Shown piece after piece: positions 19,886 through 30,200 of a stretch of DNA of 64,000 nucleotides. Position 1 is the first letter of the stretch, and each line of letters begins with the position of its first letter. The notes under the pieces were generated by a model, which was given only the letters and a program-made list of their open reading frames with translations, had not been told where the DNA came from and ran no database searches. The DNA comes from an uncultured Planctomycetaceae bacterium (GTDB taxonomy: Bacteria > Planctomycetota > PLA2). Location of the stretch: NCBI GenBank assembly GCA_964570285.1, contig CAZMXP010000004.1:75365-139364 (forward strand), given 5' to 3'. The translations under genes were made by a program, and so were the position numbers.

Positions 19886-20000
19886 CGTGGTTTTCGTTCA
19901 CCCCGCTCGAATTCAGTGACTCGTCGGGATTCGCGCCAGCGGCGAGGAGTCTGCGGGCATGGAGTACAAGCGATCAGGGACGAGGGTATCGGATTTGATA

Positions 20001-20102
20001 AGGAACCCAGGAAGGGAGGAGCCCATGAGGGCAAGGGGGAGCGTCCCGGGACCCGGATGGATCGAAGCGCCGCTTCCTCGGTTCCTAGCTTCCTGGGTTC
20101 CT
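20001..20102. repeat. 14-bp perfect inverted repeat in the STK1-PspA intergenic region
   Basis: AGGAACCCAGGAAG (20001-20014) / CTTCCTGGGTTCCT (20089-20102), with a degenerate adjacent copy CTTCCTCGGTTCCT. Confidence 0.6.
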
Positions 20103-20294
20103 TCTTCCAGGCTCAAGACGAAGGCTGTGGTCCTGCGCATCCTCAAAGGCGCGAGCGGCAACATCCCCGCGCGTCTGCGAGCGCAAGCTACTTTCACCCG
20201 GCTCGAAAGATCGTTGCGTGGCTGGCGGTCGACGGTCGCGTGGACTATCGCCGCAACCATGCATTCCCAATAGGGTTACGGCGGATGGACACCT

Positions 20295-20311
20295 CTGGCC
20301 CCCCCCTTGCG
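20295..20311 (+). promoter_or_regulatory. sigma54 (-24/-12) promoter of the PspA-like gene
   Basis: CTGGC-CCCCCCC-TTGCG: GG at 20297-98 and GC at 20309-10, exactly 10 nt apart. It is followed by SD AAAGGAGG and ATG 20349. Confidence 0.75.
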
Positions 20312-20348
20312 TAGCTGTCTGGCACACCTACTCAAAGGAGGAACGACC

Positions 20349-21191
20349 ATGAAAAAGCTGATCCTGATCGGGATCGGACTCGCTTTCGCCGGGGGCTTCA
20401 TCGGGTTCGATGCGGTCCGGGCCTTCGTGCACAAGACCCGGCAGGACGTCCGGTCCAAGCTGATGAGCCCCGAGATGGAGCTCAAGGCGCAGATCTCCGG
20501 CGCGCACGAGCTCGCGGAGAAGTGCGCCGAGTCCGTCATCAACGGCAAGGTCTCCCTCGCCCGCCTCGACTCGATGATCGAGGAGCGGGCGCGCGACCTC
20601 GACCGGCGCCAGAAGTCCCTCGAGCGCGACCGCGTCGTGCTGGAGACGCGGCAGGCGTTGCTGCGCGAGGGACGCGCCGTCTACCTGATCAACCGCGAGG
20701 AGGTCTCGCCGCGCACGCTCAACCGCGACGCGGTGCTGCGCGCGAAGTCCTTCTCGACCGACCGGGAGATCTACCACCACCTCGAGGCGACCCTCGAGGA
20801 GCTGCGCGCGCAGCGCGTCAGCACCGCGGCGGAGATCGAGGCGGCGGTCGTGGAGCAGGCGCGCCTCGACGAGGAGATCCTCTCCCTGAAGGCGCAGCTC
20901 GAAAGCCTCACCGCGCGCCGCGCCGTCGCGCAGACCCGCGAGGAGTCGCAGTACGTCTTCGACCGCTCGACCTTCGACCAGGCGCGCGACAAGGTCGCCG
21001 AGATCCGCGCGACGATCGCCGAGCAGAACAAGCGCCTCGACTTCTACGGGCGCCGCTCGGTCGGCGGCCGCGGGCTGATCCCCGCGGACGTCGACGTCCC
21101 GGAGGAGAGCGGCATCGACGCGATCACCTCGGTGCTCGCGCAGGGCGCGGCGCCGGTGGAGCCGATGCCCTTGGCCGCGGTCCAGCGTTGA
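20349..21191 (+). CDS. PspA/IM30 (ESCRT-III)-like long coiled-coil protein with N-terminal hydrophobic anchor
   Basis: Strong SD; MKKLILIGIGLAFAGGFIGF; continuous heptad-rich helices; C-terminal YVFDRSTFDQARDKVAEIRATIAEQNKRLDF recalls the PspA 'F..+E.KI' tail. Family assignment is by pattern only. Confidence 0.6.
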   Translation: MKKLILIGIGLAFAGGFIGFDAVRAFVHKTRQDVRSKLMSPEMELKAQISGAHELAEKCAESVINGKVSLARLDSMIEERARDLDRRQKSLERDRVVLETRQALLREGRAVYLINREEVSPRTLNRDAVLRAKSFSTDREIYHHLEATLEELRAQRVSTAAEIEAAVVEQARLDEEILSLKAQLESLTARRAVAQTREESQYVFDRSTFDQARDKVAEIRATIAEQNKRLDFYGRRSVGGRGLIPADVDVPEESGIDAITSVLAQGAAPVEPMPLAAVQR

Positions 21192-21197
21192 GGGTAG

Positions 21198-21227
21198 GGG
21201 GGCGCGGGGGGAGTCCCCCGCGCCCCC
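21198..21227. repeat. REP-like 13-bp hairpin, possible terminator or RNA-stabilising element
   Basis: GGGGGCGCGGGGG-GAGT-CCCCCGCGCCCCC; same family as 4685-4716. Confidence 0.55.
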
Positions 21228-21251
21228 GGTTCAAGGCAGGAGTGGTGGAAC

Positions 21252-21929
21252 ATGCGAGCACTTACGTGGGTCTTCGTCAGCGGGTTGATCGCGCTGTGGG
21301 GCTGGTTCGCCCTCGAGGTGGCACCGGGGGACGGCCGGCGGCCCGTGGCCCTCGCGGTCGACGGCGACACCGCGGCCGAACTCAACAACCAGGGCGTCGC
21401 GCTCGACCGCCAGGGGCGCCCGGCCGACGCGCTCGCCTACTTCGAGAGGGCGCGCGACTTCCGCCCGCTCGAGCCGGTCTTCGCGGCCAACGCCGAGCGG
21501 CAGCGGCAGCGCGTCGAGATGCGGGGGTGGATCCGCTTCCTCGTGCCCGCCTCGGCCGTCGCGCTCGTGCTGCTCGTGCTGCGCGGCCTGCGCGGGCTGG
21601 CCGACCGGGCGCGGCTGCGCGGTCTCCACACGCGCGGCGAGAGTTTCGTGCGCATCCTGCCCGGCGACGAGCGCGTCGAGTTGCCGCTGCGGTTCAACGC
21701 GCCCGTCGAGGGGCTGCTGTCGCGCCACCCGCTGACGGTCGTCTGGTCGTGCGCGGGCCAGGGCAAGCACATGAAGAGCAGGCCGCCGGTGAAGGCGCGC
21801 GGCGACCACGCGACGATCCGGCTCGACGGCGAGCGGATGAAGCGCCTGCAGCGCCACCCCGGGGACTGGCGCGCCTTTCTCTACATGGGCAAAACCGCGG
21901 TCGGGGAAGCCGCGGCGAGGGTAGGCTGA
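21252..21929 (+). CDS. Two-TM membrane protein with a single TPR-like unit
   Basis: N-terminal TM; AELNNQGVALDRQGRPADALAYFERARDFRP (TPR); second TM FLVPASAVALVLLVL; ATGA-type coupling to STK2. Confidence 0.75.
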   Translation: MRALTWVFVSGLIALWGWFALEVAPGDGRRPVALAVDGDTAAELNNQGVALDRQGRPADALAYFERARDFRPLEPVFAANAERQRQRVEMRGWIRFLVPASAVALVLLVLRGLRGLADRARLRGLHTRGESFVRILPGDERVELPLRFNAPVEGLLSRHPLTVVWSCAGQGKHMKSRPPVKARGDHATIRLDGERMKRLQRHPGDWRAFLYMGKTAVGEAAARVG

Positions 21930-23806
21930 TGAGCGTGCAGGAGAAGACCCGCGTGGAAGCGACCGGACCCGCCGACCCGCTGATCGGGCGGGAGGTCGGC
22001 GGCTTCCGCATCGAGAGCGTCCTCGGGCGCGGCGGCATGGGTGTCGTCTACCGGGCGATGCAGCATTCCCTCGGCCGCGCGGTCGCGATCAAGGTGCTGC
22101 CGGCGAAGTTCGGCGACAACCCGCAGTTCGTCGAGAGGTTCCGCCGCGAGGTGGACGTGCTCTCGCGGCTGAGCCATCCCAACATCGTCACGGTGTTCGA
22201 GCGCGGCGACGTGGACGGCGCGCCCTACGTCGCGATGGAGTACGTCGAGGGGACGACGCTCCGCGAGGTGATGCGGAACGGCCCGCTGCCGCGCAGCGAG
22301 GCGCTGCTGCTCGTGCGCGCGATCCTCTCGGCGCTCGAGCACGCCCACGGCAAGGGGATCATCCACCGGGACATCAAGCCGGAGAACGTGCTCGTCGCGC
22401 CCGGCGGCATCGTCAAGGTGGCCGACTTCGGCCTCGGGCGGCTGATGGGCCCGGCCGACACGACGCGGCTCACGCACACCCACCTGATGCTCGGGACCTT
22501 CGAGTACATGGCGCCCGAGCAGCGCGAGCGCGCGAAGGAGGCCGACGAGCGCGCCGACCTCTACGCGACCGGCGTCATGCTCTACGAGATGATCGCGGGC
22601 GAGCTTCCGATCGGCGTCTTCGCGCCGCTCTCGGAGAAGCGGCCGCAGGAGTGCGACCGCCGGATCGACCAGGTCGTGCGCCGGAGCCTCGAGAAGGATC
22701 CGGAGCAGCGCTACCAGCGCGCGTCGCAGATGGGCGAGGACGTCTCGCGGCTGCTCACGCAGGCGCCGATCGACATGCCTCCCCCGGCGGGCGCGCGGCC
22801 CCCGCAGCCCCCGCCGGCGGGCACTCTCGCCCGGGCCGGCGCGTGGGTGACCGCGCTGCTGCGCTCCTGGCCCGTCGCGCGCATCACCGGCAAGATCGGC
22901 CGGCGCTTCGCGCGCGATCTCACCGAGGAGCGCGAGGTGCAGCTCTGGCTTCGCCGCGCGGTGCCTGGGCTCTGGGAGACCTTCCCTTCGGGCGTCGAGT
23001 TCGAGAAGGACTCGGGCCGCATCGTGATGAAGCTCGACGCGACCATCTTCCCGCAGCCCGGCGTGCCGCAGCGCCTCGCGTCCGCCTTCGCCCGCGTGCT
23101 CGAGGCGCGCGCGCCGGGCCAGCTCCGCTCGATCGCCTCGGCCGACGCCGAGTGGGAGGCCACCCAGCCGGTCGCGCCGGTGCCGCTGCCGTCCACGCCG
23201 GCCCCGAGGGCGGGCGGTCCCTGCCGCCGGGGCGCCTACGCGCGCTACGGCTGGCTCGCCCTCGCGACGCCGCTCGCGGCCTTCTGGTGGGCCGCGTCGC
23301 ACTCGTTCCGGCTCACCGGAACCGAGTGGGCGATCTGGTCCTGCGCGACCGCCGCCAGCATGATCCTGCTGCCGCTGCTGCTCGGCGCCTTCGGCCGCTG
23401 GGGGTGGGCGCTGCTCGCGATCGCGGCGCCGGCCTTCTTCTTCCTGACGAAGGTCGAGGATCACCGCATCCAGGTGGTCGCCTTCTCCGCGCGACTTCCC
23501 GACAACCTGCTGATCAAGCTGATGAGCGAGCCGGAGGTGGACGCCTACATCCGGTCCCACGCGCCGGTCTGGCCCACGTGGCCGGACGGCATGACCGTGC
23601 AGCAGGACTCCTGGACCCTCGGGGTCACGATCCCGGCGGCGCACGCTGCCGAGGACCGCGCCCACGAGATCGCGGCCGTGCTCTCCCGCGTGATCCAGGT
23701 GCGGGCGCCGATCCCTGTCACGCGGAGGGTGTTCGGCGACGCGACGCTCGAGCGGCGCCTTGCGTCCAATCCCGTGCCCGGCGGCGCGGCGGCGGTGGAA
23801 CGATGA
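21929..23806 (+). CDS. Membrane Ser/Thr protein kinase (STK2) with a duplicated about 60-aa domain
   Basis: [35 protein letters not shown]; ATG 21929 lies inside track ORF 20522..23806. Confidence 0.95.
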   Translation: MSVQEKTRVEATGPADPLIGREVGGFRIESVLGRGGMGVVYRAMQHSLGRAVAIKVLPAKFGDNPQFVERFRREVDVLSRLSHPNIVTVFERGDVDGAPYVAMEYVEGTTLREVMRNGPLPRSEALLLVRAILSALEHAHGKGIIHRDIKPENVLVAPGGIVKVADFGLGRLMGPADTTRLTHTHLMLGTFEYMAPEQRERAKEADERADLYATGVMLYEMIAGELPIGVFAPLSEKRPQECDRRIDQVVRRSLEKDPEQRYQRASQMGEDVSRLLTQAPIDMPPPAGARPPQPPPAGTLARAGAWVTALLRSWPVARITGKIGRRFARDLTEEREVQLWLRRAVPGLWETFPSGVEFEKDSGRIVMKLDATIFPQPGVPQRLASAFARVLEARAPGQLRSIASADAEWEATQPVAPVPLPSTPAPRAGGPCRRGAYARYGWLALATPLAAFWWAASHSFRLTGTEWAIWSCATAASMILLPLLLGAFGRWGWALLAIAAPAFFFLTKVEDHRIQVVAFSARLPDNLLIKLMSEPEVDAYIRSHAPVWPTWPDGMTVQQDSWTLGVTIPAAHAAEDRAHEIAAVLSRVIQVRAPIPVTRRVFGDATLERRLASNPVPGGAAAVER

Positions 23807-23840
23807 ATAGGGGGCACGGGGGCAGGGGTAGGAGTCCAAG

Positions 23841-25265
23841 GTGGATCTGAGCGCGAGGACCCGGGTCAGCGAGAGCGTTCCCGACCCCTTCATCGGGCGG
23901 ACGATCGAGGGCCACCGCGTCGAGGAGGTCATCGGCCGCGGCGGCATGGGGACGGTCTATCGCACGACGCAGGTCTCCCTCGGCCGGCGCGCCGCGCTGA
24001 AGGTCCTGCCGGCGGATCTCGCGCAGGACCGGCACTTCGTCCAGCGGTTCCACCGCGAGGCGGAGGTGCTCTCGAGGCTGAGCCACCCCAACATCGTCAC
24101 GGTCTTCGATCGCGGCGACGTGGACGGGCGCCCGTTCCTGCTGATGGAGTACGTCGAGGGGCCGAGCCTGCGCGAGCTGCTGCGCCGCGGGCCGCTCCGC
24201 CCCGACGTCGCGCTGCGCCACGTCAGCGCGGTGCTCTCCGCGCTGCAGCACGCGCACGGCAAGGGCGTGATCCACCGCGACATCAAGCCCGAGAACGTGC
24301 TGCTCGCCGAGGGCGAGATCGTCAAGGTGGCCGACTTCGGCCTCTCGCGCCTGCTCGGCCCCGCCGAGACCACGCGGCTCACGCGCACGCACTTCGCGAT
24401 GGGGACCTACGAGTACATGTCGCCCGAGCAGCGCGAGCACGCGAAGGAGGCCGACGAGCGGAGCGACCTCTACGCGACGGGCGTCATCCTCTACGAGATG
24501 CTGACGGGCGAACTGCCGATCGGCCGGTTCGACCTGCCGTCGCGCCACCGCCCGAGCGAGTGCGACCGCCGCGTCGACGCGATCATCGAGAAGAGCCTCG
24601 AGAAGGACCCCGAGCGGCGCTACCAGCGCGCCTCCGAGATGGCGGATGCCGTCTCGGGCCTGCTCGAGGGCCCGGCCGGGGCCCCCCAGCCCCTGCCGCT
24701 CCCCGCGCGGGCGGCCGCCCGCATCGAGAACCACATCGACAACGTCGCGACGATCGACTACGTGCTCGGCACGCTCAGCCACCTGGTCGGATTCGCCGTG
24801 CTCTTCGGCGCGATCCGGATGCGAGTCGCGTTCGGACTGCCCTTCTTCGCCTTCTTCCTGACGGGCTGGTACCTGCGCAGCACCGCCGAGGAACTGCGCG
24901 CGTACAAGCCCGGCGCGCGGACGGGGCAGGCGGTCATCGCCCTCGTCGCCGCCGCCACCGTCGTGCTGCTCCCGTTCACGCTCTACTCCTTCTGGGTCCT
25001 CTTCGGCCACCGCGGCCGCACCTACTACGAGGCGCGCGGGCGCGGCCTCGACAGCCGCGAGGCCACCCGGTTCACGCAGCATCTCTTCGGCGAGGCCCGC
25101 CGGGCCCCCCGGCCGTCCCCCTCCCCGCGCCCCTCCGACATCGATCTCCAGTCCGTCGTCGTCTCCTCGCCCGCTCCCCGCCCGCGCGGCGGGCGGCGCG
25201 CGACGCTGCTGCTGCTGCTGCTGGTCGCCGGGCTGGCGGCGCTGATCTTCTACCTGCGCCACTGA
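23841..25265 (+). CDS. Membrane Ser/Thr protein kinase (STK3)
   Basis: [35 protein letters not shown]; several TM helices plus a C-terminal helix; AGGAG before the GTG. Confidence 0.95.
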   Translation: MDLSARTRVSESVPDPFIGRTIEGHRVEEVIGRGGMGTVYRTTQVSLGRRAALKVLPADLAQDRHFVQRFHREAEVLSRLSHPNIVTVFDRGDVDGRPFLLMEYVEGPSLRELLRRGPLRPDVALRHVSAVLSALQHAHGKGVIHRDIKPENVLLAEGEIVKVADFGLSRLLGPAETTRLTRTHFAMGTYEYMSPEQREHAKEADERSDLYATGVILYEMLTGELPIGRFDLPSRHRPSECDRRVDAIIEKSLEKDPERRYQRASEMADAVSGLLEGPAGAPQPLPLPARAAARIENHIDNVATIDYVLGTLSHLVGFAVLFGAIRMRVAFGLPFFAFFLTGWYLRSTAEELRAYKPGARTGQAVIALVAAATVVLLPFTLYSFWVLFGHRGRTYYEARGRGLDSREATRFTQHLFGEARRAPRPSPSPRPSDIDLQSVVVSSPAPRPRGGRRATLLLLLLVAGLAALIFYLRH

Positions 25266-25294
25266 ACGGCGCCCGCCGGTAGAATGCCGCGCCC

Positions 25295-26281
25295 GTGCCC
25301 CACGAGATCCTCGTCGAGTACACGCGCGGCGACCGCAGCGAGTCGCAGCACCACGGCGCCTACTGCGTCGTCGAGAAGGGCGTCGTCGTGCGCTCCCGGG
25401 GCGACCTCGACGTGCCCGTCTTCTACCGCAGCGCCTGCAAGCCGTTGCAGGCGATCGCGGTGGTCGAGTCGGGCGCCGCCGACCGCTTCGGCTTCACCGC
25501 CGAGGAGCTCGCGATGGTGGTCGGCAGCCACGACGGATCGCCGCTCCACGCCGGGAACGCGGCGTCGATGATCCGCAAGGCGGGCGCCGTGCCGGAGATG
25601 CTGCGCTGCGGCGGCCACGTGCCGCTGAGCCGCGAGGTCTACGAGCAGTACGTGCGCGAGGGGAGATTCTGGGCGCGGCTCGAGGACAACTGCTCGGGCA
25701 AGCACGCGGGCATGATCGCCGCGACGTGCGCGTACGGGGAGGATCCGGCCCGCTATGCCGAGGGCGACGCGCGCGTGCAGCGCGAGAACCTCGCCAACAT
25801 CGCGCTCTTCACCGGCGTGCCCGAGGAGCGGATCGGGCGGGGCATCGACGGGTGCGCCGCGCCGAACTTCGCGGTGCCGGTCGCGGCGATGGCCCTCGCG
25901 ATGGCGCGCTTCACGTCGCCGGAGGGGCTGCCCGACGCGAAGGCCGCGATCGCGCGGCGCATCGCCGCGTCGGTGCTCGCCCACCCGGAGATGATCGCCG
26001 GGCCGCGCCGGTTCGACACGCGGCTCATCCGCGCGTCGGGGGGCACGCTGCTCTCGAAGGAGGGCGCGGAAGGCGTGCAGGTGGTGGGCCTGATCGGACG
26101 CCAGACCGGCCTCGCGGTGAAGATCGCCGACGGCGGCAAGCGGGCGGCCGAGTTCGTCATCGCGACGCTGCTCGTCGAACTGGGAGCGGTCTCGGCGCAG
26201 GAGATCGGCTACGAGGAGCGCTTCCAGACCGTGCGCAACCGCGAGGGCGCGGTCGTCGGCGAGGCGGTCGTGCGGCTGTGA
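25295..26281 (+). CDS. Asparaginase (Rhizobium AnsA / asparaginase II family)
   Basis: YRSACKPLQA, GSHDGSPLH, NCSGKHAGM, IDGCAAP, SKEGAEGV. Confidence 0.9.
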   Translation: MPHEILVEYTRGDRSESQHHGAYCVVEKGVVVRSRGDLDVPVFYRSACKPLQAIAVVESGAADRFGFTAEELAMVVGSHDGSPLHAGNAASMIRKAGAVPEMLRCGGHVPLSREVYEQYVREGRFWARLEDNCSGKHAGMIAATCAYGEDPARYAEGDARVQRENLANIALFTGVPEERIGRGIDGCAAPNFAVPVAAMALAMARFTSPEGLPDAKAAIARRIAASVLAHPEMIAGPRRFDTRLIRASGGTLLSKEGAEGVQVVGLIGRQTGLAVKIADGGKRAAEFVIATLLVELGAVSAQEIGYEERFQTVRNREGAVVGEAVVRL

Positions 26282-27198
26282 GGAGGGTCACCGACATCCC
26301 GCGCATTCCGGCGCTGCCGCGCGACGCGCACAAGGGGGTCCGGGGGCGCGTGCTGCTCGTCGCCGGCTCCCTCCGCATGTCGGGCGCGGCGCGCCTCGCG
26401 GGCTGGGGGGCGCTGCGCGCCGGCGCCGGGCTGGTCACGATCGCGGTCCCGGAGGTCGTGCACGCGATCGTCGCCGGTGACCTCGCCTGCGCGATGACGC
26501 TCCCGCTCCCCGCGAGGCACGGCGCGTTCGCCGCGGGCGGGGCGGCGCTCGCGCGGGAGTGCGCGGCCGGGGTGGACGCCGTGGCGGTGGGGCCCGGCCT
26601 CTCCCGGCACGCGGGATCCTTCCTCCGCCGCTTCCTGAAGGGCCTCGACAAGCCGCTCGTGCTCGACGCCGATGCGCTGAACCTCGTCGCCGCGGCACCG
26701 GAGATGCTCGACGGCGCGACCGGGCCGCGGGTCCTCACGCCGCATCCGGGAGAGGCCTCGCGCCTGCTCGCCCGGGCCGTGGGGCCGTCGACCGAGGAGC
26801 GCGTCGACGCCGCCCGTCAGATCGCCGAGCGCTTCCGCGCGACGGTGATCCTGAAGGGGCCCGCCAGCGTCGTCTGCGACGGCGAGTCGCTCCACTTCAA
26901 CCGCACCGGCAACCCCGGCATGGCGACCGGCGGCACGGGCGACGTGCTCACCGGCATCCTCGTCGCGCGTCTCGCGGCCGGCCTCCCGCCCCTCGATGCG
27001 GCGGTGCAGGCGGCGCACCTGCACGGGCGCGCGGGAGACCTCGCCGCCGCGGCGGTCGGCGAACGCTCGATGGTGGCCACGGACCTCGTCGCGAGCCTCG
27101 CCGTCGCCCTCTCGGAACTCGCCGAGCCGGTGGTCGACCACGCCGGCGCCGGGGAAAAAGCCTCCGGCGTGCGCCGCCGCGGAAGGCGTGGGCGATAA
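26278..27198 (+). CDS. nnrD: ADP-dependent NAD(P)H-hydrate dehydratase (YjeF C-terminal domain)
   Basis: DAHKGVRGRVLLVAGS, AVGPGL, LVLDADALN, LTPHPGE, LKG, GMATGGTGDVLTG. Confidence 0.92.
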   Translation: MRRVTDIPRIPALPRDAHKGVRGRVLLVAGSLRMSGAARLAGWGALRAGAGLVTIAVPEVVHAIVAGDLACAMTLPLPARHGAFAAGGAALARECAAGVDAVAVGPGLSRHAGSFLRRFLKGLDKPLVLDADALNLVAAAPEMLDGATGPRVLTPHPGEASRLLARAVGPSTEERVDAARQIAERFRATVILKGPASVVCDGESLHFNRTGNPGMATGGTGDVLTGILVARLAAGLPPLDAAVQAAHLHGRAGDLAAAAVGERSMVATDLVASLAVALSELAEPVVDHAGAGEKASGVRRRGRRGR

Positions 27199-27207
27199 TC
27201 GTCGTCC

Positions 27208-30200
27208 GTGCCGCTCACGCTGCCGCTGCTGCTCCTCCTGCCGCTCGCGGGCCCCTACGGGATCGACGGCCCCCCCGCCCCCCTCGATTCCGCCACGCGG
27301 CAGAGATTGGATCAGGCGCTGGCGCTCTGCCGGAGCGGCGCCGGCGAGGAGGTGGAGCAGGCGGTCCGTCAGATCGCGCTGATCGGGGAGGGGGCGCTGC
27401 CGGCGGTCGTCGAGCGGCTCAACGCGGGCGGGCCGGGCGAGCGCATGGTGCTCCTCCACGCCGTGAGCCGCATCGGGCGCGCGGCGCCTCTCCGCGTGCA
27501 GGCGGCCACAGACCCGCACCCGGCCGTGCGCGCGCTCGTGGCGGCCCCCGCCCGTGCGCCCCCGCTGCCCGACCTGCGCCGCCTCGCGAGCGAGTACGTG
27601 GACCTGCTCGCGGTGGCCGACCACGCGCGGCGCGCCGATGCCGACGAGGACCTGCGGGGCAGGCGGCCGCCGCTCGGGCGCGACGACTCCACGTTCGCGG
27701 CGCTCCGCCGCCGCCTGCGCGACCGCCGCCTCGCCGACGCCTATCAGGCGGCGCGGCAGGCGGCGGCCCTCGCCCTCGCGCGGGCGGGGGCGGAGGCGCT
27801 GCGCGAGGGGCGCATGCGGCCCGACCTCGGCGACCCGGCGTTCGTCGCCTACGCGGCGCTGCTGCGCGAGGAGGAGCCGGGGCCGCTCTACCACGCGATG
27901 GCCGGCCTCGTGGCGGTCGGCGAGCCGGCGGCTCCGGCCCTTGTTGCCCTGTTGCAAAGGCACGACCCGAGGCGCGTCGTGCCCCTGCTCATCGCGGTCG
28001 GCCAGGGGCGCGAACTCTGCCTCGCGAGGGAGAGCCACGGGGCCGAGGCGCAGGCCGCGCTCGTGCAGTGGGCGGCGCGGGTGCTCCCGCCGGAGGAGCT
28101 CCTGCCCTGGCTCGAGCGGGCGGCGGAGTCGGAGCACGAGGTCGTCCGCTCGCACGCGCTCGACGCGCTGCTCGATCTTCCCTCGCCGGCGGGGATCGAC
28201 GCCGCGCGTCGGCTCTTCGCCATCGAGGGCCCGGGCGGCGACGACACGGAGGCGGCTCGGCTGCTCGCGCGCGCGGGCGAGGTCGAGCCCCTCGCCGAGT
28301 GGGTGCGCCTCGCGCCCCTGCCGCCGGAGGGTGCCTCGGGCACGAGGGTGGCCCAGCTCCGCCGCGCGAGTCTCGCCGCATTGCGAAAGGAAGGGGGTGC
28401 GGGGGCCGAGAGGCTGGGCGCGGAGCTGATGGCGAGCGAGTCGGGCGAGTTGCGCCTGCTGGGGCTCGAATTCGTGCGCGACGAGGCGCTGCTGTTCGCG
28501 TTCCTCGCGCGGGAGCCGGAGGAGCGTCTCGCCGAGGCCGCGGTGCTGCGCGTCCTCGACCTCTCCGGGCCTGCCGCGGCGCCGGCCCTCGCCGCGGCGC
28601 TCGGCGCGCGGGGCCTGCCGCTCTCGCGGCGCCTCGCGCAGGGGTTCCGGCGGGCGGGGGCCGGGGAGACGCTCGTCGGCTTCGCGGAGGCAGGGTCCGA
28701 CGAGGCCCTCGCCGCCCTCGGCGGATTCGATGCCCTTCCCCCCGGGGTCGGAGAGCGCCTGCTCGCGATCCATGCCGGCGCCTCGGGGGAGCGTCGCGTG
28801 CGCGCGCTGGCGGCGCTGGTGCCCCTGGGGAGCGCCGCGGTCCGCGAGCGCGTCATCGAGGCGGGAGACGCCGGGATCGAGGTGCTCGCCGCGCGCACCG
28901 GCCTCGACGGGCCGCTCGCCTTCAGCGTTCCGCTGCTCGCGCGCGTCGCGGGTGCGGACGCGTCGCTGCTGCGGCGCCTCGGGCGCATCGCGGCGGCCTT
29001 GCCGGAGCCGGAGCCTGGCCTCTTCCTCGCGCTGCTCGACCGCTGGGAGGCGGTGGCCGCGGACGAGCCCCCCGGTTCCGACAGCGAGGGAGGCCCCGTG
29101 CGCCAGCGGATCCTCCTCGTCCAGGGTCTCGCGCGGGCGCGCGACGGCGCGAGTGTCGCCGCGCTCTTCAGGCGTCTGCTCGAGGGCAGGCTCGGCGACA
29201 TCCACTTCGTGCTGCCGGTGCTGGAGGCGGCGGCGCGGCACCTCTCGGGTGCCGACCTCGCGCCGCTGCTCCCCCTCGTGCTGGCGCGCTGCGCCGAGGA
29301 GCGGCCGCTCGCGGAGAAGCGCCCGCCGCCCTACGACGAGATGCGCCGCCGCCTGCTCTGGGGCGGCATCAATGCGCTCGCGCTCAAGCCGCCGGAGGGC
29401 GCGCTCGCGGGGCTGTTGCCGATCCTCTTCGAGCCCTCGCTGCAGCCGATGGCGTTCGACTGGCAGGACTCCTGTCCGGCACCGTCCTGGGTGCTCGAGG
29501 CGCTGCGCCACTTCCCCGCCGACGCCGTGTCCACGGCGCTCGCCGCCGAGATCGGTGCGGCGGAGGAGGACGGGCGGCTTGCCGCGATGCACCCCGAGAC
29601 GCTCTTCCGGTACGTGAAGTCCTGCCGCGAGGGGCGCGACCGCGGCCGCCTCCTGCCCGAGGTGGCGCTGCTCCTCGGCGACGTGCTCGACCGCCTCCCC
29701 TTCGACGGCGAGGTGGCCGCCGAGAGGATCTCGGCGCTTGCGACGCTCGGCCGCTGGAAAGAGGCCGCCGAGGTCGCGCGCCGTGCCGCGGCGGAGGCGC
29801 GCGCGCGCGGGCGCGGCGCGGACGAGGGCTTCTGGACGCCGCGGCGCCTCGACGGGCGCGCCGCCATCTGCGACGCGATGGCCTCCGGGGACGGCGCCGC
29901 GATGGGCGCGCTCGCGGCGGCGGCCGGCACCGATCCGATCGTCAGCTATCTCGCGGCGTGGAACCATCTCTTCGCGCTCGGCGACCTCGCGGCGGCGGAC
30001 ACCGCGGCGGCCGCCGCGGCGTGGGGCACCGGCGCGCTCTACCACGCCTATCGCGACATGCTCGGGATGGTGCGCGTGCGCCAGGGGCGGCCGCAGGAGG
30101 CGCTCTGGTGGTTCGACCCGCAGGCGGCGCTGCCGATCCGCCGGCCCAGCGACCAGGGCGCCCGCCACCTGCTCTACCAGGCGAAGGCGCTCATCGCGCT

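Noticed and set aside
19959-20273. 104-aa ORF MEYKRSG... with an upstream AGGAG
   Set aside because: Codon usage is unlike the host (CGA, TCA, GTA, TTG, ATA), it runs through the inverted repeats and it has no motifs. More likely regulatory DNA.
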